Below, one piece after another: positions 55,561 to 64,000 of a DNA stretch of 64,000 nt. How positions within the stretch are numbered: position 1 is the stretch's first letter; each line of letters begins with the position of its first letter. The notes under the pieces were generated by a model. The model was not told the origin of the DNA and made no database searches. It saw only the letters and a program-made list of their open reading frames with translations. Origin of the DNA: Lingula anatina (taxonomy: Eukaryota; Animalia; Brachiopoda). The stretch is taken from contig CM120645.1 in assembly GCA_051362555.1 (NCBI GenBank), forward strand, positions 14,322,001 to 14,386,000, read 5' to 3'. Position numbers and translations under genes: made by a program.

Positions 55561-56248
55561 TGAATGAAATACCGTTCATGTCAAAACGTTGGGCGAACGT
55601 TGTGCATTGACCATTTGCATCATAAAAAGTTACAGAGACATAGAAAGAGGTTATCGCATAAGATATATCTCACCGTCTAGAACGACAATAACCTTTTCTT
55701 CTGCGATCCAATGAAGGAACACTTTTGTGGAACAGTATGAAATGCAATTTTGTCCGACCTACCGGTAGCAAATTTCATTCTTGATTATAAGCTGAATAAG
55801 GCTGTCCCTGGCCTCGGTATTTCTGTATGTGTACACAGACAATCCCTGCTCAAAACACCATTTGGAAAGGTTATTGAGTGACTTGGCGTATTCGTCTTGG
55901 TTTTCAGCCTGTGATATCTAAAGAATAGAAATTGGTTTTCATGTCAGAACTTTATGGCCATATGAAGTTGACCACTTTTCATTAAGCTACCTACCAATAA
56001 TTCCCATGTTTTTATATCGAAGCGCTCAATATCATCGCAATTTATCAAATTTATTTTCAATTTGTCAAGTTCACCAAAATAAAAGGCAGTCCTATTTTTC
56101 AAGGTTTACAGTAAATAAAAATGCAAATTGAATAAACCAGATTGAATGCATTATATTTTATTACAATCAAACAGAAATATTAATACCAGAATCAATTGTA
56201 GTTAATACTGTACAAATGTATGCACTGCAATACTACAAATACTATAAA

Positions 56249-58830
56249 TTAATATATATATACATGTATGCCATGAATTGAAACACAGTAAACAAAATCA
56301 TGATTTGGAAAGTACATGTAGTTCAGGTTACAAACTCGCTTTTCATGCTTTATCGGCACACATCTGAGGCAGATGAAAATTGAAAAAAAAAAATGATCAT
56401 CTTTCCATTTGTCGCTGTCAAACTGCACACGCTCTAGGTGATAATCTGACTCACACTTCACTAAAAAATCACACCAACTCAGTCCAGTGAGAGCCATCTG
56501 TCCCAACATCTGAACATAGTATTGGTGCCTAACCTTCAGCTTGTATGAACCATCTGGTGATTTCTTTAGGTATTCACAAGAGTGAAAAGACTTCTTGTCT
56601 GGGCATTTGATCTCCAGAAGTCCGAACTTGTCGTCAGCTTTGGGATCATACACTTTACGATCTGGTGATGTACCAAGGTGCGGCGCAGTGGGATTGATGA
56701 CGAATCCACACAAGTACACGTTGTTACCAGTGACCTCAGCGTAGTACTGTGCAGCTTCTGGCTCATGCTCTAGACCATACTTCATTGCAGCCGTCTGGAT
56801 GTTTTTCTGGTTACGAAGCCTGGCTGATAGGGTCTCATGATTTGCCCTCCGCACAAAGATGTCCTTGAACACAGACGAAGTCGAGCGGTCCTTACGTACA
56901 TCATGCCACACCCTGTTCATACTCTGGTCTCTGGTGAGCTGTTCTGTCTCTTTAGCAATGGATCGTGTAACGCCGAGTCCAGCGTAAAAATCCATTTCCT
57001 TCCTACCCGAGTACATGGGCATACTCACATGTCAAAGCTGGCAGTGGAAAATCTGGAAATGATGGCTGCTCTGCATGGTTGATGATGTTTTGTTCTTTCC
57101 TCTCTGGTTTTTGTTGGTACGACAGCACAGAGCCTTGGGGTACAGGGCCAAACTTACTGTCTGTGGTTACCATAGAGGACAGAGACTCTCCAGTGGGCAG
57201 ATACCGCAGTAGCTGGGCATCACTGCCGATCGCGGAAAGCTGTTGCACAAGTGATGTGGCGAAGGCCGCTGATGGTATTGGCTGCTTTACAGGACAATAG
57301 TTCTGAGGAAGGAACCCTTCGACCACACGGCGTTTCTTCGATGGCGGTTGGTGTTGTGGCTTCACTTTCGAGATCCCCATGTCCTGTACGGTTGTTGTAC
57401 TGATACCTGAAATGGACATGGTAGAGAATTAAATAAACAATTTGAATACAAATGTTGTGAATTGTTTGATTTTAACTTCTTATATTGATTTTGTAACTGT
57501 TGGTCAATTTTACTTCCTATTTTATAGTAAGTTTATATTTTTAGTTTCATGATATACTAGTATATGTTGCTGTGAAGAGCACCTAGATTAGTATTTTGCT
57601 GTGGAGTAATCGGGGTAGAATAAATATGTTGAGAAATGTTTATCATTACCAGATAATCTGGTCATACAACATGTACAATAATATGCTGATTACTGGTAAC
57701 TTGTTTTATGTTCAAAATCAAATTTACACCTGCCTTCATGTCTGTTTGGAATGTGCCAAGTCTGTGGGAGGGATGTCTTGCTTTGAAGTGGAGGAACTGC
57801 CTTCAAACCGAGCTTCAGAAAGTGACAAATCAGGTACATTAAACCGACTGAGTGACTGCAGTGACCATTTCCAGTGGAGACTGTTACCTTGAGTTGAAGT
57901 GGAGACTGTTACCTGAAAACAGAAAACATCATTCATTTTTTATTCAGTTCATGTTCAAGTTTTACTTTTAAAAAGATGCCTATTTTTCACTAATAAAAAA
58001 TTCTGATATTCTGTATTTGTACAGTAAACTCTGTGGACATTGAATTAAAGAAAATATGGTACAATATATTAGTATTATGAATATTTCTTCTTTTCAAGTT
58101 ATTTTACTTTTTGGAGAACCATGCTACATATCTCAACAAATTACCAACAACTCCAGCTGTAGTGAAAGAGGATTGTAGGAATGCATTATCTTTAGTTTAT
58201 GACTTCTTATGTGGGCTGCACATATCCCAGTTCTTCATCAACGTCTTAAGTATCTAAAATGTGAACCTGTTGATAATCACTAAAAGAAAATAATCAAGCT
58301 TACAATCAACTTGTACGGATCCCTGTTCTTTCTCATTGATGGGTAGGCTTGCGCTCGAACATCACAATGATCTTCCTGTGCATTCACTGTTATAATATCA
58401 AACAATATAATATTAAATTATACTATAGCCCAGCCCAAGGGCAAGGCTGAGAAGAGGCACAATAGGCATGATATCCATGATAATTTATTAAAATATTAGC
58501 ATTCTGCCTAGATTAATTTGTGTATTGTGTCACTATTTTTGGGCTCATGCCATGTGGACAATGAACAGAAATGTTCTGATGTTGTCATGACTGTCTGACT
58601 CTAGCCTCGCATCGAGCGATAATAAGGGTTTTCACTACTTACCTTCTACTTCGTGGATGTAACCTTCGATAAAATTACTGTAGCCTTTCTGTTGTTTTGA
58701 TCTTGGTATTTTTGCCGTTTCATTTGCCCATCTATCGACTGTTTCTTGGGTCAACTGAGGCACGTTATACAGGTTTTTGCTGAAACAGGCCGAGTCAGCA
58801 GTGGAAGGATTTGTTTGCGTTCCGAGCCTC
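56249..58830 (-). pseudogene. Spliced SWIM + YqaJ (lambda-exonuclease-like PD-(D/E)xK) gene, typical accessory ORF of ISL2EU/PHIS-type DNA transposons; disabled
   Basis: Exons ~58830-58643 (KGYSNFIEGYIHEVE), 58386-58304 (VRAQAYPSMRK..PY), ~57912-57734 (GHCSHSVGLM..SKTSLPQTWHIP), 57406-56249 (TRDQS..WHDVRKDR, MKYGLEHE, LGTSPD, LLEIKCP, YYVQMLGQM..WCDF). Frameshift near 57010; the SWIM CxC is lost where a 17-bp duplication (57873-57914) sits. Confidence 0.8.
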
Positions 58831-59003
58831 GCTCTCGTTCCAAAATGGCCGCTGCGTGAATAAGGAGTATTGCATGAAAGTCATTGGCGCCTCTGCCTCA
58901 AGCCTCTGAAATGGGCTTTAGCTTGAGTAGATAGTCAAACTGTGCAAAATGTGGCCCATTGTAATTTTCATTATATGCTCTAATTGCACCTATTTAATAT
59001 CAC

Positions 59004-59470
59004 CTATTTAATATCACCTAACCTATTTCTTGTTTTGGTCTTGTTCAAATTTTGCACAGAAAAACCACTTTCACACGATGCACTATTCAGTGGAATTACT
59101 AGAGCTATTTGTGCAAACAATTCATAATCTGGATAATCATCAGAATAGTTAAGGATCACATCCTCACAGGAACTGGCAAAGGCAATCTCTCTCTGTAAGC
59201 ATGTATGTGGTGCTTGAATGGTCAGAAGTCCCTCCGACATCTGTCTGCATCCACAACTTGGGTGTACTATGCAAGGAGGTGGTCAAGTTCCTGTTGTCCA
59301 TAAAGTCCAATGTCTTGAGCAGCATATGGGTACCTCTTGGGATTTAACAGGACATCAAAGGCATTCAGTGTTTACATGCTTGCCAAAGGAAATCTTTTGT
59401 CCAAATTGTTTTCTAGTTCTTCAAAGAATCCATCTGAAAGAATCCATCCATCAAAACTTGTTTTTGCTGA
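59004..59470 (-). pseudogene. hAT transposase C-terminal fragment (ZNF862-like, dimerisation domain)
   Basis: ELENNLDKRFP..LYGQQ and IALVIPLNSASCESGFSVQNLNKTKTRNRL, with in-frame stops. Confidence 0.8.
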
Positions 59471-60039
59471 AAAGTAAGAAAGATAAGTCCACATGACTGA
59501 ATATTGTCATTTATAAATGATGAAAAGTAATAAGATACAAAGTTCCAAAACTAGGGAGATAATATAACATCCCTCAAACTATATAAGTGCCATATATAAT
59601 ATAAAAATAATGAAGTATGTTAATGAGTGTAACCAAGATTAATTAAGAAAAATATGAGAAATTAGAACAGCTATAGGAGCAAAAAGTTGGCACAAATAAA
59701 AATAAAGGCCAGTAAACAAACCATTTCCTACATAAATATAATTAATTATCGTAATTGTAGTTTTTCAAATGTTCTTGTTGGCTCAAGGTTAAAGTCATTG
59801 GATCCTGCTAGTGTGTCTAAAATATCCGCCTCCATCTGATTTATCTTGATTTTGAGATCAGCAAACTGCTAAGTTGCAGTGTCAGTGATTTTAGTGATTA
59901 TACAATCCAACTTATTCATAAGTTTGTCTTCAAATTTTGGGCTCTTGATGACTCGATGGCTGGCCTGCACATTCACTTGTCTCTTGGATGGTGTTAATTA
60001 GATGAAATGGCTTTCTAAATGGCATGTAGTGTACTTGAT

Positions 60040-60405
60040 TATACATAGATATATTTGTCAATAGGGTCTGGATCCCTTTGATTCTTTTCCCCCGGGACTT
60101 CTCTAGATGTAGATGGAACGGCAGGAGGCTGGTTTCTCTCATTTTCTGTGACGCCTGTTGAATGGACTTCTCCCGCATCCAATCCCTGGTTGTTCCGTGG
60201 CTGCAGAGACTGCAGCGAATCCACTGCGTCCTGCAGGAGTAGCAACTGGGCCAGGGAAAGGGATTGCCAGAATATTTCTGTATGAGGGATTCTGACAGCT
60301 TTTTACAGCTCTTGAGAGATACAACCCAGCATCCCTTAGGATCTCTATGGTCTCTGGAGAGAGTTCATTTTCTTGAACCCAAACCTCGGGAAGTTCTCAG
60401 CCATG
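60040..60405 (-). pseudogene. SAM-like N-terminal fragment resembling retrotransposon (Ngaro/DIRS-type) ORF1
   Basis: WVQENELSPETIEILRDAG ... GQLLLLQDAVDSL across frameshifts. Confidence 0.4.
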
Positions 60406-60885
60406 GTTAAAAATACATATAAAATAAATAAAAATGCAAGAAATAAAAAGCACCAAAGAATGTAGGGGAGCGCCTGCTCCCTTAACGCGTCTTCCTCGCT
60501 AGCTGCCAAAGCTCTAACTGCCAAGTTTAAAAGGAGTCACGTGACTGTTTGGTCTTAATTTGATAGGCTCCCACGTGACTATACTGCTGTGGGGCCACGT
60601 CCTGTGACAGGGACCGCCAGCAGCGCGTCCTCCAGTGGTGGTTTTAGATAACTTTCCCTTAAAAGAAAAGAGTACGATATATTATGAGAGGGGGATAGAT
60701 CACTTTTGAGTATATAAAAGTCATTGTTTAGATATTTTGCATATCCCTTTTCATGTTATTTCTTTGCATTTTGATTTAAGTAAGATGAAAAAAAAAGTAA
60801 TATTGTCTATAAAAAGGAGTTAAACTTGTATAAACTGATGGAAAATATTGATCTTGAAGATAAGTAGAGGAAAGGCAACAGAAAC

Positions 60886-62478
60886 TTAAAGTGAATTAAC
60901 AGCCTTCATTGCCGCAACACGAAGAGATTTATACAACCTGCACTGGCCAAGAGGGTTCAGGTGTATACCATCAGGTAGGAGAACAGGCTGTGTTGGGTTG
61001 ATTAGTCCCTTATGCCACAAGAAAGTGACGTAGGGTATATTTCTTAGAAATTCACACAGATGACAGTTGTATTTATCTGCCTGCCTGTCATATTGTATGC
61101 CGTCAGGTAGGAGAACAGGATGTTTGGGGTTAATAAGTCCTTTGTGCCACCAGAAAGTGGCGTAGGGTATATTTCTTAGAAGTTCACACAGATGATAGTT
61201 GTATTTATCTGCCTGCCTGTCATACTGTACGCCGTCAGGTAGGAGAACAGGCTGTTTTGGGTTGATAAGTCCCTAATGCCACCAGTCAGTGAAGTCGGGT
61301 ATATTTCTTAGAAGTTCATACAGATGATAGTAATGTTGTATTTATCTGCCTGCCTGTCATACTGTGTGCCGTCAGGTAGGAGAACATGATGTTTGGGGTT
61401 AATAAGTCCTTTGTGCCACCAGAAAGTGGCGTAGGGTATATTTCTTAGAAGTTCACACAGATGATAGTTGTATTTATCTGCCTGCCTGTCATACTGTACG
61501 CCGTCAGGTAGGAGAACAGGCTGCTTTGGGTTGATAAGTCCCTAATGCCACCAGTCAGTGAAGTAGGGTATATTTCTTAGAAGTTCACACAGATGATAGT
61601 TGTATTTATCTGCCTGCCTGTCATACTGTACGCCGTCAGGTAGGAGAACAGGCTGTTTTGGGTTGATTAGTCCCTTATGCCACAAAAAAGTGACGTAGGG
61701 TATATTTCTTAGAAATTCACACAGATGACAGTTGTATTTATCTGCCTGCCTGTCATCCTGTGTGCCGTCAGGTAGGAGAACAGGATGTTTGGGGTTAATA
61801 AGTCCTTTGTGCCACCAGAAAGTGGCGTAGGGTATATTTCTTAGAAGTTCACACAGATGATAGTTGTATTTATCTGCCTGCCTGTCATACTGTACGCCGT
61901 CAGGTAGGAGAACAGGCTGTTTTGGGTTGATAAGTCCCTAATGCCACCAGTCAGTGAAGTCGGGTATATTTCTTAGAAGTTCACACAGATGATAGTAATG
62001 TTGTATTTATCTGCCTGCCTGTCATACTGTGTGCCGTCAGGTAGGAGAACAGGATGTTTGGGGTTAATAAGTCCTTTGTGCCACCAGAAAGTGGTGTAGG
62101 GTATATTTCTTAGAAGTTCAGACAGATAAGGGTTGTATTTAACCGCCTATCTCTTAAACTGTCAGATCTATATATAACCTGACAGACAGCAACATGCTTA
62201 ACACCAGTCCTATGGATGGGGTTAATTAGGTCAACCATCCAACCACAGGATCTCGAGAGGAAAGGTCATTTGTACCAAGTTCAAGAATTACAACCTGAGG
62301 TTGTGAGGAGCGATGAGAATGAAGATACTAAGAACGAAACCGTGGGAGAGTGGTGCCACCTCTTCCATGAAGAATGACCGAGCAGCAGGAAACAGAAGCA
62401 TGAGAAGGAGGGGTATTAAAAAAATCACTGAGACGGGTTATGAAACTGGTCAACGACACAAACAATGGGTAGGGGCAT
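60886..62478 (-). pseudogene. SGNH hydrolase (Ngaro type), copy 2, spanning start to stop but frameshifted and carrying the internal 132-bp array
   Basis: Starts MPLP.. at 62478; PQVVILELGTNDL and GVKHVAVCQVIYR; ends FLWHKGLINPTQPVLLPDGIHLNPLGQCRLYKSLRVAAMKAVNSL-TAA(60886) with the catalytic DxxH. Confidence 0.8.
60971..62150. repeat. 132/137-bp minisatellite, 9 units with a 665-bp higher-order period
   Basis: Unit starts 60971, 61103, 61235, 61372, 61504, 61636, 61768, 61900, 62037; variant order A-B-C-B-C'-A-B-C-B. Confidence 0.95.
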
Positions 62479-62803
62479 AGTAAAGGTAAATTGACAACAA
62501 GTGAAAGTAAAAAAAAAAGAGAAAAAAGGACAGGAAAAAAACAGCTAAAAAACACTAAATGAATGAAAGCAACGAGATTGAACAAATGGACAGAAATATT
62601 AACTCACAAGTAACTGCTGTAAAGGGAGTAAATAGTTACCACCCAAGTATTTACTGTGAATATGTGATTATCACCTTCCATGCAGTATATGGAAATGGAA
62701 GTTCTTAAAGTCAAAATTAGACTGATATGTGGTAATTGCAAGTGTGAGTTGTTACGCAAGGTGTCATAATTCACTATCTAAGAGGTTTCATAATTCATCG
62801 AGA
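62130..62803. repeat. Direct duplicate of ~53275-53945 (SGNH 5' part + spacer + pPolB tail)
   Basis: Colinear similarity, e.g. ccacaggatctcgagaggaaaggtcatttgtaccaagttcaagaattacaacctgagg and gtgtcataattcactatct.agaggtttcataatt. Confidence 0.9.
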
Positions 62804-63327
62804 TACTATTGCTACTAGCAAAAGCAATAACCATTTTCTTGTTTCATTTTAGCAAATGCTAAAAACCACATGTAACCGAGTGTTTTTATATTTTCATAGC
62901 ATGGCAACAATGACAAAGATGATTAGTTTTCCAAAAGTTTATTCAGTTCTTTGGGGCATATAAAGTCATTTAACGGCCTGACTTTGGCATAATAAGGTAT
63001 ATAAAAAGAAGGCATATGTAAGAAGACAGCATATATAAGGCCCCCTGACAGACAACTTCGGACAACACCTAGAGCACACAACTGCACACAACACATGTGC
63101 CTCTTGGTCTCTGTCACTGCACACACAGTGAATGAATACTAGTACAAGGTCAAATTCACCACGTGACTTTCAGAGTTACCGGATGTTACATTAACTGCTA
63201 AATATTCATGAGTGTCTTGTCACACACATATATAAAACTGAACATTTGCTCTAACTGTCCAAGTATTTGCTTCAAAATTTCAAGGTAGCTGCAGATCTAC
63301 CTTGAGTTTCAACTTGAAGTGAAGTGT

Positions 63328-63432
63328 TCAGTTGACCGTGGGCAAAATGACTGCATTTATGCAACTTGGTCGTAGGAGGAAGTTGTACCAGCCTCGATGA
63401 GACCAGTTGCACAATTTGATTGATTTGTTGCC

Positions 63433-63481
<49 letters not shown>

Positions 63482-64000
63482 TCATCTTTGGACTTAACGG
63501 TATTTCCCATGTTGTTAATCTTTTTCATGAGCTGTTCCTTAGTTAGTGATATTCCACTTTTTAATTTGTAAGACGTAATAAACTTCTCACGTGCATCAGG
63601 CTTCTCCTGTTTCATACTGGGGATTTGAGATTTATTCAGAAGAACAGGCATCTCCTTAAGCAATGCAACGAAGGTTTTCTGCTTTGCTTCTGACATCTCT
63701 GTTCAGGAGTGATCAGTCTGCATGTACCTAGTAGAATAATCCTTTGAACCAGAAAGTTCAAAATTCAATAAGTTTGGTGGTTGACAGTTTGCTGGTCTCT
63801 TCACTCTCTGGTAGTTTGGCTTTATTAGGCAGTGGTGGCAGCAGATAAGGGTGAGCTGACTGTGGAGATCGTTTCTCCAGATGAGTGGTCTGGGGTTCCC
63901 GTGAGCTGCTTGCCACTGGTTGTGGGTCAGGAATACGCCTAATGCTTCCCCCACCTTCGATGTCCTCAGATGTGATGGTGGATGGTGCGCGTCGTTTTGT
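63328..64000 (-). pseudogene. Myb/SANT-like DNA-binding protein fragments (Harbinger/PIF-associated type)
   Basis: FVALLKEMPVLLNKSQIPSMKQEK...LTKEQLMKKINNM...KTGNKSIKL.NW; an expanded poly-A run inflates the Lys tract; truncated. Confidence 0.55.

Noticed and set aside
56249-57028. YqaJ ORF as a phage recombinase or bacterial contamination/HGT
   Set aside because: It is the last exon of a spliced, frameshifted SWIM-YqaJ gene of a type carried by eukaryotic DNA transposons.
60971-62150. Regular array as a CRISPR locus
   Set aside because: Whole units repeat with no unique spacers, there are no cas genes, the context is eukaryotic, and the unit derives from SGNH coding sequence.

Overview
AT-rich, intron-containing animal DNA, probably a marine invertebrate (inferred from the gene and TE repertoire). 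It holds four spliced genes, all hand-assembled with consistent GT-AG phases. (1) The 3' part of an FGD-family RhoGEF (DH-PH-FYVE-PH, +, 427-8427). (2) A convergent 13-exon gene (-, 18006-12162): hydrophobic N-terminal segment, a run of phase-1/1 polybasic Lys/Trp exon modules, and an intronless pseudokinase domain. (3) A secreted astacin metalloprotease with SUEL-lectin, 5xEGF and PAN-like domains (+, 29664-41934), whose promoter and first exon are duplicated inside a rearranged mosaic at 18.7-32.7 kb. (4) A CRYZL2-like quinone oxidoreductase (+, 45003-50574). From ~51.5 kb to the end lies a dense mosaic of broken transposon coding fragments (Ngaro/DIRS gag and SGNH hydrolase, Polinton pPolB, SWIM-YqaJ, hAT, Myb/SANT). 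Every fragment I could orient is coded on the minus strand, which makes the region a candidate uni-strand piRNA-cluster-like TE trap. Other points of note: a 104-bp antisense copy of the pseudokinase exon in the probable FGD 3'UTR, a 132-bp higher-order minisatellite derived from SGNH coding sequence, and a 20-bp P-element-like excision footprint. Family assignments come from motif recognition only; no searches were run.
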